This document shows positions 45,571 through 53,948 of a DNA stretch of 64,000 bases, piece by piece. How positions within the stretch are numbered: the stretch's first letter is position 1; every line of letters starts with the position of its first letter. Below the pieces are notes generated by a model. It saw only the letters and a program-made list of their open reading frames with translations, did no database searches and was not told the DNA's origin. This stretch comes from an uncultured bacterium. GTDB lineage: Bacteria > Patescibacteriota > Saccharimonadia > UBA4664. The stretch is from positions 529,026 to 593,025 of the forward strand of contig CAVUEQ010000001.1 of NCBI GenBank assembly GCA_963740635.1, given 5' to 3'. Made by a program: the position numbers and the translations under genes.

Positions 45571-45701
45571 ATCAGCCCCTTCAGTAACCTCAGTATAATG
45601 CTTCCACCCTATCCATTATACCGAACATAAGCCGAAACTCCAAACGCTACCATATTCCAAGTGTCCCGAACGCATTTTGGAAAGTTTGCGACTAACCACC
45701 T

Positions 45702-48569
45702 CTAGGCGGTTTGGCTGGCGCGGGCGGTTTGAGGCTTGGCCGGAGTGGGTTGGGCCTCGAAAATGCGCCCCAGGTAGCGGCCGGTGTGGCTGGCCTCCAC
45801 GCGCGCAACCCGCTCCGGGCTGCCGGTGGCAATGATGCGGCCGCCGCCGGTGCCGCCTTCGGGCCCCATGTCGATGAGCCAGTCGGAGCTTTTGATGACG
45901 TCGAGGTTGTGCTCAATGATGAGTACCGAATTGCCGGTGTCCACCAGCGCGTTGAGCACACTGAGCAGCCGCTTGACGTCGTCGAAGTGCAGGCCGGTGG
46001 TGGGCTCGTCGAGGATGTAGAGAGTGCGGCCGGTGCTGCGGCGGGCCAGCTCGGTGGCCAGCTTGATGCGCTGCGCTTCACCACCCGAGAAGGTGGTGGC
46101 GGACTGTCCGAGGTGGATGTAGCCGAGGCCGACGTTATTTAAGGTCTCAAACTTGCGGCGAATGGCCGGGATGTTTTCGAAGAAAGTGACGGCCTCCTCG
46201 ACGGTCATGTCGAGCACGTCCGAAATGTTTTTGCCCTTGTAGTGGATTTCCAGGGCCTCGCGGTTGTAACGTTTTCCCTTGCACTCCTCGCAGGTCACGT
46301 AAACATCGGGCAGGAAGTGCATCTCGATTTTGATAATGCCGTCGCCGCGGCAGAGCTCGCAGCGGCCGCCTTTGACGTTGAAGCTGAAGCGGCCGGCCTT
46401 GTAGCCGCGGATTTTGGCCTCTGGCGTTTGCGCGAACAGCTCGCGGATGTCGCCGAACACGCCGGTGTAGGTGGCGGGGTTTGAGCGCGGGGTGCGGCCG
46501 ATGGGCGACTGGTCGACGGAGATGACCTTGTCGAGGTTGGCCAGGCCGACAATTTCGTCGTGACGCCCCGGCAGGTCGCCGGCGCGGTGGTACACCTGGG
46601 CGAGTTTTTTGGCCAGGATGTCGTTAATGAGGCTGGATTTGCCCGAGCCGGACACGCCCGTCACCGACACCAGCATGCCGAGCGGGATTTCGACGTCGAT
46701 GCCGTCGAGGTTGTGCTCGCGGGCGTTCTTGATGATGAGAGATTTGCGGTTGCCCGGGCGGCGTTTGGACGGCACCGGGATGTGGAGAACGCCGTTTAGG
46801 TACTGGCCGGTGAGGCTTTCGGGCACAGCCGCGACTTCTTCGGGGGTACCGGCCGCCACAATATTGCCGCCGTGGGCACCGGCCAGCGGCCCAACGTCGA
46901 TGACGTAGTCGGCCATGCGGATGGTGTCCTCGTCGTGCTCCACCACAATCACGGTGTTGCCGAGGTCGCGCAGGCGGATGAGGGTGGCGATGAGGCGGTC
47001 GTTGTCGCGCTGGTGGAGGCCGATGCTCGGCTCGTCGAGGATGTACAGCACGCCCATGAGGCTCGAGCCGATCTGGGTGGCCAGCCGGATGCGCTGGGCC
47101 TCGCCGCCGGCCAGGGTGTTGGCGGAGCGGTCGAGGGTGAGGTAGCTGAGGCCGACGTCGCGCAGGAAGCTGAGGCGGGCGCGGATTTCCTTGAGGATCT
47201 GCACGGCGATTTGGGCTTCGCGCGGGCCAAGTTTGAGGTTGTCGAACATTTTGCTAGCCTCGCCGATACTGAGCATGGTGAGGTCCACGATGGACTTGCC
47301 GCCCACGGTGACGGCCAGGATTTCGGGCTTGAGCCGCTTGCCGTGGCAGACCGGGCATTCGCGCTCGGTCATGTATTTCTCAATTTCCTTGCGCACAAAG
47401 TCGGAATCGGTTTCGTGGTAGCGGCGTTCCATGTTGGGGATGACGCCCTCGAAGGTCGTGCGGTAAGTGCGGCCGCCGGGGCCGCGCATGGAGATTTCGG
47501 TGTCGCCCGAGCCGTAGAGCACCACGCGCAGGTCGGCCGGTTTCATTTCGATCACGGGAGTGTCGAGCGAGAAGCCATAGGAGTGCGCCACGCCCTCGAG
47601 CAGTTTGGTGTACCAATTCATGCGGCTGGTCGTCTTGGCCCACGGCCGGATGGCTCCTTCGGCTAGCGTGAGCCGCCGGTTCGGGATGACGGCTTCCGGG
47701 TCGACCTCCAGGCGGGTGCCGAGGCCGGTGCAGTGCGGGCAGGCGCCGTGCGGCGAGTTGAAGCTGAAGTTACGCGGGGCGATGTCGGGCAGGCTGATTT
47801 CGCGGTGGACTGGGCAGGCATAATGCTCGGAGTAGGCCTGCTCGGAGCCGCCATCGGCATGCAGCACCTTGATGGTGCCGTCGCTAAGGTTGAGGCCCTG
47901 CTCCACCGATTCGGTGAGGCGCTGGCGGATTTCGATGCCAGTGGCCACGCGGTCGACCACGGCCTCCACGGTGTGCTTTTTTTGCTTATCCAGAGCGGGA
48001 AATTCGTCTATATCGATGATGGCGCCGTCGACCCGCAGGCGGGTGTAGCCGGCTTTGCGGAGCTCTGCCGCCACCCGCGCGTGCTCGCCCTTTTTGTCGT
48101 CGATAACCGGCGCGAGCAGCATAATGCGGGTGCCCGCCGGCAATTCCAGAATTTGGTCGACAATTTGGCCCGACGTTTGGCGCAGGACCTCGCGCCCGCA
48201 GATCGGGCAATGCGGGACGCCCACGCGCGCGTACAGCAGGCGCAGGTAGTCATAGACTTCCGTGACGGTACCGACCGTAGAGCGCGGGTTGCGCGAGCTG
48301 GATTTTTGGTCAATCGAAATAGCCGGGCTTAAACCATCAATTTGGTCGACGTCGGGCTTCTCCATGAGACCCAAAAATTGCCGGGCGTAAGCCGACAATG
48401 ATTCCACGTACCGGCGCTGGCCCTCGGCGTAAATGGTGTCGAATGCCAGTGAGGATTTGCCGGAGCCGGAGAGCCCGGTGATGACTACCAGCTGGTCTCT
48501 GGGTATCTCGACGTCAATGTTTTTGAGGTTGTGCTCACGGGCTCCGCGCACCACAATCTTATCTGTCAT
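45702..48569 (-). CDS. uvrA: Excinuclease ABC subunit A
   Basis: GGAGGTGT precedes the ATG at 48569. [57 protein letters not shown], two ABC modules and zinc-finger Cys pairs. Confidence 0.95.
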   Translation of the reverse strand: MTDKIVVRGAREHNLKNIDVEIPRDQLVVITGLSGSGKSSLAFDTIYAEGQRRYVESLSAYARQFLGLMEKPDVDQIDGLSPAISIDQKSSSRNPRSTVGTVTEVYDYLRLLYARVGVPHCPICGREVLRQTSGQIVDQILELPAGTRIMLLAPVIDDKKGEHARVAAELRKAGYTRLRVDGAIIDIDEFPALDKQKKHTVEAVVDRVATGIEIRQRLTESVEQGLNLSDGTIKVLHADGGSEQAYSEHYACPVHREISLPDIAPRNFSFNSPHGACPHCTGLGTRLEVDPEAVIPNRRLTLAEGAIRPWAKTTSRMNWYTKLLEGVAHSYGFSLDTPVIEMKPADLRVVLYGSGDTEISMRGPGGRTYRTTFEGVIPNMERRYHETDSDFVRKEIEKYMTERECPVCHGKRLKPEILAVTVGGKSIVDLTMLSIGEASKMFDNLKLGPREAQIAVQILKEIRARLSFLRDVGLSYLTLDRSANTLAGGEAQRIRLATQIGSSLMGVLYILDEPSIGLHQRDNDRLIATLIRLRDLGNTVIVVEHDEDTIRMADYVIDVGPLAGAHGGNIVAAGTPEEVAAVPESLTGQYLNGVLHIPVPSKRRPGNRKSLIIKNAREHNLDGIDVEIPLGMLVSVTGVSGSGKSSLINDILAKKLAQVYHRAGDLPGRHDEIVGLANLDKVISVDQSPIGRTPRSNPATYTGVFGDIRELFAQTPEAKIRGYKAGRFSFNVKGGRCELCRGDGIIKIEMHFLPDVYVTCEECKGKRYNREALEIHYKGKNISDVLDMTVEEAVTFFENIPAIRRKFETLNNVGLGYIHLGQSATTFSGGEAQRIKLATELARRSTGRTLYILDEPTTGLHFDDVKRLLSVLNALVDTGNSVLIIEHNLDVIKSSDWLIDMGPEGGTGGGRIIATGSPERVARVEASHTGRYLGRIFEAQPTPAKPQTARASQTA

Positions 48570-48757
48570 ACACCTCCAACCCCGCAGCGCGGTAGGTATT
48601 ACGAGCTGAAATTGTACATGAATGGCGAGCGTTTGGCAATGCACTAGGCAACGGTTGGTATTTTCGAACTTTCACCGCTACCGCGGATTGCCGGCGTGAT
48701 AGATTGGCACAGATTTACGGTTATGGTAATGTGGCAACAACTATTGAAAGGTACCCC

Positions 48758-49192
48758 ATGACAGATAGCCCAGGAGACGTGAAGCCCGAAGGTGAAGTAG
48801 GTTCGGATGTTGAGCCGATAGCGACAGGTGGAACCACCCAGCCGGCCGGCCCGGAAAACGAGCTGACACCAGACGTGCCCGCCGCTGGCGGCGCCGATGT
48901 CGCGCCCGATCCGGTCAGAGTCGCCGCGGCGCAAGATAAGGTGGAGGAAGCGACCGCAAATGTATCTCCGCCCGTGACCGGCCAGCCACCAACGGAAAGC
49001 ACCGGTGCCCAGGGCGAAAGCCTCACGGATGGCCTCGGATCGAGCAAAGAGGCGACCGGCACAGCTGATCCCAACTCGGCATTGCACAACCCCGACTCGG
49101 CGCTAAACACTACGGTCCAAGCACCGGTCGCGCCTGATAAGAAAAATGTGCTGACTTGGGCGGCCGAGAAGCTGGGCATTAAGCGGCCTTAA
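48758..49192 (+). CDS. Acidic, disordered hypothetical protein
   Basis: ATG at 48758 after GAAAGG. Pro/Glu/Thr/Gly-rich, with the ordered tail KKNVLTWAAEKLGIKRP. The antisense ORF of similar length makes this call uncertain. Confidence 0.4.
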   Translation: MTDSPGDVKPEGEVGSDVEPIATGGTTQPAGPENELTPDVPAAGGADVAPDPVRVAAAQDKVEEATANVSPPVTGQPPTESTGAQGESLTDGLGSSKEATGTADPNSALHNPDSALNTTVQAPVAPDKKNVLTWAAEKLGIKRP

Positions 49193-49533
49193 AGCCCCCG
49201 GTTAGTAGCGCCGGGTAGTGCGCAGCACAGATTCGGAGTCGCTTTGGACGGCTTCTGCCGTGTTGGTCGCGCCGCGGAGATCAACGGCCTGTGAGCGTGC
49301 AGTACTGGCCTGCCGCTCTAGATCTGGGATCTCGTTTTCCAGATCGGTGGCTTGGTCACGGAGCCGGACAGCCTCGGTTCGATGGTCTATTGCTTGCTGG
49401 TCGAGCTGATCGGCGGTGGCTTCTAAAGTCTGTGGATTCCATAATATTGCCCCTTCCTTGCTATTAACCGTGCATGTTAGCGCGAGGGGCGGCAGCGGTC
49501 ATTGGGCGATAATACAAAGGTTAGACAATATTA

Positions 49534-49562
49534 TTGATAAAAGTGCAATTATGTAATAAAAT
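49534..49562 (+). promoter_or_regulatory. Putative promoter in AT-rich divergent region
   Basis: TTGATA, 17 nt, TAAAAT, located 52 nt upstream of the GTG at 49614. Confidence 0.35.
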
Positions 49563-49613
49563 TTAGTAATTACCTTCCCATTCCCAATCAGGCCCCGAGA
49601 GGAGGCGGCCGCT

Positions 49614-50000
49614 GTGAGCGACGACGACTACCCAGACCGCCTCCCCACCCCTTACGAACAAATGGAGAAGGCGGCAAGAGAGCACCGGAAGGAAGAGGCG
49701 GGCAGGCTGGAACTGGCTAAAGCGATGGCGGCGGACGAAGAGCGACGCAATGCTGCCCGTTCACGGAGGTCGAAGCCGGCCGCCCGGTCCAGGCCAAGTT
49801 CTGGACCCCAGGTTAGGTACCCGCCGCCGGGCAGTCCCGCCAACCTGCGCCTCGTGAGGTTGGGGGAGCAAATCAATTTGGCCGGGCTACCGCTGGACCA
49901 TTACGAGGCGCCGCACTTGCTCTGGCCCCGCTTCCTGAGGGCCTCGAAGCTGAGCGCATGGCTGCGGCGCCTGATCAACGGCAGCTCAAAGAGAAGGTAA
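49614..50000 (+). CDS. Basic hypothetical protein
   Basis: GAGAGGAGG lies 9 nt before the GTG. 128 aa, with a charged helical N-part. It is followed by a terminator. Confidence 0.5.
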   Translation: MSDDDYPDRLPTPYEQMEKAAREHRKEEAGRLELAKAMAADEERRNAARSRRSKPAARSRPSSGPQVRYPPPGSPANLRLVRLGEQINLAGLPLDHYEAPHLLWPRFLRASKLSAWLRRLINGSSKRR

Positions 50001-50003
50001 CGC

Positions 50004-50036
50004 GCCCGCGACTGTCATGGTCGCGGGCTTCTCTTT
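50004..50036 (+). terminator. Rho-independent terminator
   Basis: GCCCGCGAC-tgtcatg-GTCGCGGGC followed by TTCTCTTT. Confidence 0.55.
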
Positions 50037-50073
50037 GCCCGGCTAGCGGCCGCGGACCGTTTTGCGGGGGGTT
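50035..50073. repeat. Left copy of 39-bp direct repeat (displaced duplicate of the uvrB 3' end)
   Basis: ttgcccggctagcggccgcggacCgttttgcggggggtt matches 51723-51761 at 38/39. The single difference is a synonymous ACC/ACG change in the uvrB reading frame. Confidence 0.8.
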
Positions 50074-50141
50074 ACACCTATTGCATTTTCGGCATTTGTT
50101 CGCCAATATGAGTGGAGAACTATCAGGCAATGGGGGTTATA

Positions 50142-51083
50142 ATGCTTACAGTGAATAAACAGCCAGTGCTAACGACCGAACTCGGTAGGCTCCTTACGGG
50201 CGACTGCCTTGAGCTCATGGGAGAGCTTGAGGCCGAATCTATTGACACATTTTTTGCTGACCCTCCATTTAATTTAAGCAAAGACTATGGGCCGCACGTC
50301 GACGACAACCTGCCAGAGGGTGAGTACCTAGCCTGGTGCTTCCGCTGGATCGACGAAGCGGTCCGCGTACTCAAGCCAGGGGGCTCCTTTTTCCTTTATA
50401 ACCTGCCCAAGTGGAACGTCTTGCTAGCAAGCTATGTCTCACGCCGGCTAAACTTCCGCAACTGGATTACGATTGAGCTTACTTTTTCGCTTCCTATCCA
50501 GGGCCGGCTATATCCTTCGAACTACTCGCTTCTCTATTTTGTAAAGGGGAAGAAACCAAATACTTTCAACCCACCCCGGGTACCAATGCAAGTATGCCGG
50601 CATTGTGGTGGCGAGATCAAAGACTATGGTGGCTATAAGGGCAAGATGAATCCGAAGGGCATATCGCTTTCTGACGTCTGGACTGATATTCCCCCGGTGC
50701 GGCACCAGAAATATAAAACGCGTGAAGCCAACGCGCTCAGCTTAAAACTGATGGATAGAATTCTCGATATCTCAACGGTTGAGAGTGACGTGGTACTCGA
50801 CCCGTTTGGTGGAAGTGGCACAACCTATGTTGCCGCTGAGCTCAAGGGAAGGCGATGGATTGGAATGGAAATATCCACGACCAGTGCCATCGTTGACCGC
50901 TTCGCACACCTTGAACTTGACAGGGCTCACCTCATCGAGATTGAGAAGCGAAAGAACACCCTCTTCACGCCCGAGGCTCTCTCCTTGAGGAAGAAGTCTG
51001 GTCTAACTAATGACAAGTACAGGCTAGAAACGACGGCTCACCAACACGGCCTTTTCTTAAGCGCGACTCAGGATTCAGAGTAA
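50142..51083 (+). CDS. Beta-class N4-cytosine/N6-adenine DNA methyltransferase
   Basis: Motif IV (FFADPPFNL) precedes motif I (LDPFGGSGTTYVAA), the order typical of N4/N6 beta-class enzymes. ATG at 50142 after GGGGG. Confidence 0.85.
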   Translation: MLTVNKQPVLTTELGRLLTGDCLELMGELEAESIDTFFADPPFNLSKDYGPHVDDNLPEGEYLAWCFRWIDEAVRVLKPGGSFFLYNLPKWNVLLASYVSRRLNFRNWITIELTFSLPIQGRLYPSNYSLLYFVKGKKPNTFNPPRVPMQVCRHCGGEIKDYGGYKGKMNPKGISLSDVWTDIPPVRHQKYKTREANALSLKLMDRILDISTVESDVVLDPFGGSGTTYVAAELKGRRWIGMEISTTSAIVDRFAHLELDRAHLIEIEKRKNTLFTPEALSLRKKSGLTNDKYRLETTAHQHGLFLSATQDSE

Positions 51084-51686
51084 GGCTCGTCCGTCTGTTC
51101 CTTTGGGTATTCGCCCCGCGCCCTCGTCGAAGCCATTCTGCTCCACAACGAGCACGAACACGACACCTTCCGTGTATGGCAGGCTTTCCCATAGGGGCAG
51201 GTAGGGCGTTATTTCCTTGTAGTTGCCCACACGATCAGTGAGAAATGGGTACAAGTTATTGGACGGAAGCACTAACACTCCTCCAGCCAGCTCTTTTCTC
51301 AGCACCCCCAAACAGATTTTGTTTAGGGCTCGGTGGCTAGATGAGATATTTCCGGTTTCCCATTCTATGGCAAAAAGGCCATACGGTGTGCTCTTGACCG
51401 CATCAAGCGGCCCAGTTCCTGCCACTCCAGTTGATCGGACGCGCAACTCATTCTGCCAGCCTTTCGACTTCAGGAAGGTGATGCAGGCCTCCTTAATTGG
51501 CTTAACTCCGTTACCCTCGCCCCGCTTTTTGCCTTTGGATTTCGGGTCCAAGAAGAAGCCCTTAGCTCCAGGCGGCCAACTTATCTCTTCAATTGCCTGT
51601 TCAATCTCGGTAATTGCCTGCTTGATGTCCGGAGACTGGGCAAACTTTCCAGCATAGACTATGTCCTGGCGGTGGACTATTTTCAT
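51075..51686 (-). CDS. Type II restriction endonuclease, BamHI-like
   Basis: Compared with my recollection of R.BamHI: NGVKPIKEACITFLK vs NGVVPIKELCYTLLE; GPLDAV vs GPIDVY (Asp94); IEWETGNISSSHRALNKICLG vs MEFETGNISSAHRSMNKLLLG (Glu111/Glu113); LTDRVGNYKEITPY vs LTDRVTNFEELEPY; IPKGTDG vs IPKGSDG. Confidence 0.8.
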   Translation of the reverse strand: MKIVHRQDIVYAGKFAQSPDIKQAITEIEQAIEEISWPPGAKGFFLDPKSKGKKRGEGNGVKPIKEACITFLKSKGWQNELRVRSTGVAGTGPLDAVKSTPYGLFAIEWETGNISSSHRALNKICLGVLRKELAGGVLVLPSNNLYPFLTDRVGNYKEITPYLPLWESLPYTEGVVFVLVVEQNGFDEGAGRIPKGTDGRALL

Positions 51687-51722
51687 CAGATGACTATCTT
51701 GTTACTGGTGAAGTATAACAGC

Positions 51723-51761
51723 TTGCCCGGCTAGCGGCCGCGGACGGTTTTGCGGGGGGTT
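51723..51761. repeat. Right copy of 39-bp direct repeat (functional uvrB 3' end + 8 nt)
   Basis: See 50035-50073. This copy encodes ..TPRKTVRGR* of UvrB. Confidence 0.8.
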
Positions 51762-53749
51762 TTGGTGGCGCCACGCCCGGGCGCACTTGCAGACTTGAGT
51801 TCGTCGATCTGGTCGCGCAGGAGGGCGGCCCGCTCGAATTGGAGGTTTTGGGCGGCGAGCTGCATTTGGGCGGTGAGGTCGCGGACGAGCTTGCTGCGCT
51901 CTTCTTTGGGGATGTCTTCGGGGCGGATTTCGCGCACGTCGGCGGTTTCGGCCTCGATTTGGGCCTGCATGCGCTCCCCCATCGCCTTTTTGATGCCCTC
52001 GGGGGTGATGCCGTGCTCGCGGTTGTAGGCCTCTTGGATCTCGCGGCGGGCGGTAGTGGTGTCGATGGCGGTGCGCATGGAGTCGGTGACGCGGTCGGCA
52101 TACATTATCACGCGGCCTTCCACGTGGCGGGCGGCCCGGCCGATGGTCTGGATGAGAGCCGAGGCGCCGCGCAGGAAGCCCTCTTTGTCGGCGTCGAGGA
52201 TGGCCACCAGGGAGACTTCGGGCAGGTCGAGGCCCTCGCGCAGGAGGTTGATGCCGACCAGCACGTCGTAGACGCCGGCGCGCAGGTCCTGGAGGATGTC
52301 GACGCGGTCGAGGGTGTTGACCTCGGAGTGCAGGTATTGGACCTTCACGCCGAGCTCGGACAGGTACTCGGAGAGGTCTTCGGCCATGCGCTTGGTGAGG
52401 GTGGTGACGAGCACGCGCTGGTGTTTGGCGACCGTGGCGCGGATTTCGGCGATGAGGTCGTCGACCTGGCCCTTCACGGGGCGCACGTCGATGGCCGGAT
52501 CGAGCAGGCCGGTGGGGCGGATGACCTGCTCGACGACCTGGGAGCTCTTGGACAGCTCGAATTCGGCCGGAGTGGCGCTCACGTACACGGCCTGGTTGAT
52601 GTGGCGTTCAAATTCCGGATATTTCAGCGGGCGGTTGTCGAACGCGGAGGGCAGGCGGAAGCCATATTCCACCAGCGTTTCCTTGCGGGCACGGTCGCCG
52701 TTGTACATGCCGCGGACTTGGGGCAGCGTGATATGTGATTCGTCGACGAACAGCAGGAAATCGTCCGGGAAATAATCCATGAGCGTGGCGGGTTGCTCGC
52801 CGGGCTCGCGGTCGGATAGGAAGCGCGAGTAGTTTTCGATGCCGGCCACCATGCCGGTTTCGGCCAGCATCTCCATGTCGAATTTGGTGCGCTGTTTTAG
52901 CCGCTGGGCCTCCAGGTTTTTGCCGGCGGACTCGAGCTGGAGCAGGCGCATGTCGAGCTCCTCGCCGATTTTCTGGACCGCGCGCTGGAGTTTCTCCTGA
53001 GGCGTGACGTAATGCTTGGCCGGGAAGATTTTGAGATCCTCGCGCTCCGCGAGCATTTCGCCGGTGAGCGGGTCGACCTGCCGGATGCGCTCCAGCTCGT
53101 CGCCGAAGAATTCCAGGCGGTAGGCTACCTCCTCGCCGATCGGGTAAATCTCGAGCACATCTCCGCGCACCCGGAATTTGCCGCGCGAGAAGTCGATGTC
53201 GTTGCGCTCATATTGGATGTCGGTGAGCTGCCGCAGGAGTTTGTCGCGTTTGCGGACCTCACCGCGCCGCAGATCGATGGTCATGGTGGTGTAATCGCTG
53301 ACATTGCCGAGGCCATAAATGCAGCTTACCGAAGCCACAATCAGCACATCGCGGCGAGTCAGCAGGCTCATGGTGGCGGCGTGGCGCAGGCGGTCGATCT
53401 CTTCATTAATGCTGGAATCTTTCTCAATGAAGGTGTCGGAGCGCGGGATGTAAGCCTCGGGCTGGTAGTAGTCGTAATAACTAACGAAATATTGGACGGC
53501 GTTGTCGGGGAAAAATTGCTTGAACTCGCCGTAAAGCTGGGCCGCCAGGGTCTTGTTGTGGCTGAGCACGAGAGTGGGGCGCTGCAATTGCTGCACGATG
53601 TTGGCCATGGTGAAGGTTTTGCCGGAACCGGTGACGCCCAGCAGAGTCTGTTCGCGGTCGCCGCGGCTCAGCCCCGCGAGGAGCTGTTCGATAGCCTGGG
53701 GCTGGTCGCCGGCGGGGGCGTATTTGCTGGTGAGTTTGAATTGCGCCAT
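51731..53749 (-). CDS. uvrB: Excinuclease ABC subunit B
   Basis: [12 protein letters not shown] (Walker A), [11 protein letters not shown] (DExH), helicase motifs, and a C-terminal UVR motif [14 protein letters not shown]. Confidence 0.95.
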   Translation of the reverse strand: MAQFKLTSKYAPAGDQPQAIEQLLAGLSRGDREQTLLGVTGSGKTFTMANIVQQLQRPTLVLSHNKTLAAQLYGEFKQFFPDNAVQYFVSYYDYYQPEAYIPRSDTFIEKDSSINEEIDRLRHAATMSLLTRRDVLIVASVSCIYGLGNVSDYTTMTIDLRRGEVRKRDKLLRQLTDIQYERNDIDFSRGKFRVRGDVLEIYPIGEEVAYRLEFFGDELERIRQVDPLTGEMLAEREDLKIFPAKHYVTPQEKLQRAVQKIGEELDMRLLQLESAGKNLEAQRLKQRTKFDMEMLAETGMVAGIENYSRFLSDREPGEQPATLMDYFPDDFLLFVDESHITLPQVRGMYNGDRARKETLVEYGFRLPSAFDNRPLKYPEFERHINQAVYVSATPAEFELSKSSQVVEQVIRPTGLLDPAIDVRPVKGQVDDLIAEIRATVAKHQRVLVTTLTKRMAEDLSEYLSELGVKVQYLHSEVNTLDRVDILQDLRAGVYDVLVGINLLREGLDLPEVSLVAILDADKEGFLRGASALIQTIGRAARHVEGRVIMYADRVTDSMRTAIDTTTARREIQEAYNREHGITPEGIKKAMGERMQAQIEAETADVREIRPEDIPKEERSKLVRDLTAQMQLAAQNLQFERAALLRDQIDELKSASAPGRGATKTPRKTVRGR

Positions 53750-53948
53750 AACCTGTTTATTTTACACCGTGCGTGCCATCTAGCTATGTGTATGCGACTG
53801 GGGGTCGGCTGCAAGAATTCACGCGATCTGGTTGTGCTATGTTCCAAGATATGTAAGCTGAGATTAGGTCTGATAATTCATTATTTTTTGCAATTCTCAG
53901 CGGTTTTGTGATATACAACAATATGAGTTCTAGACAGGTTTACCAAAT

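Larger units (their letters stand above)
50035..51761. mobile_element. Type II restriction-modification cassette insertion bounded by 39-bp direct repeats
   Basis: A lower-GC 1.65-kb segment (50074-51722) carries convergent M and R genes between direct repeats that duplicate the uvrB terminus. No transposase or integrase is present. Confidence 0.5.
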
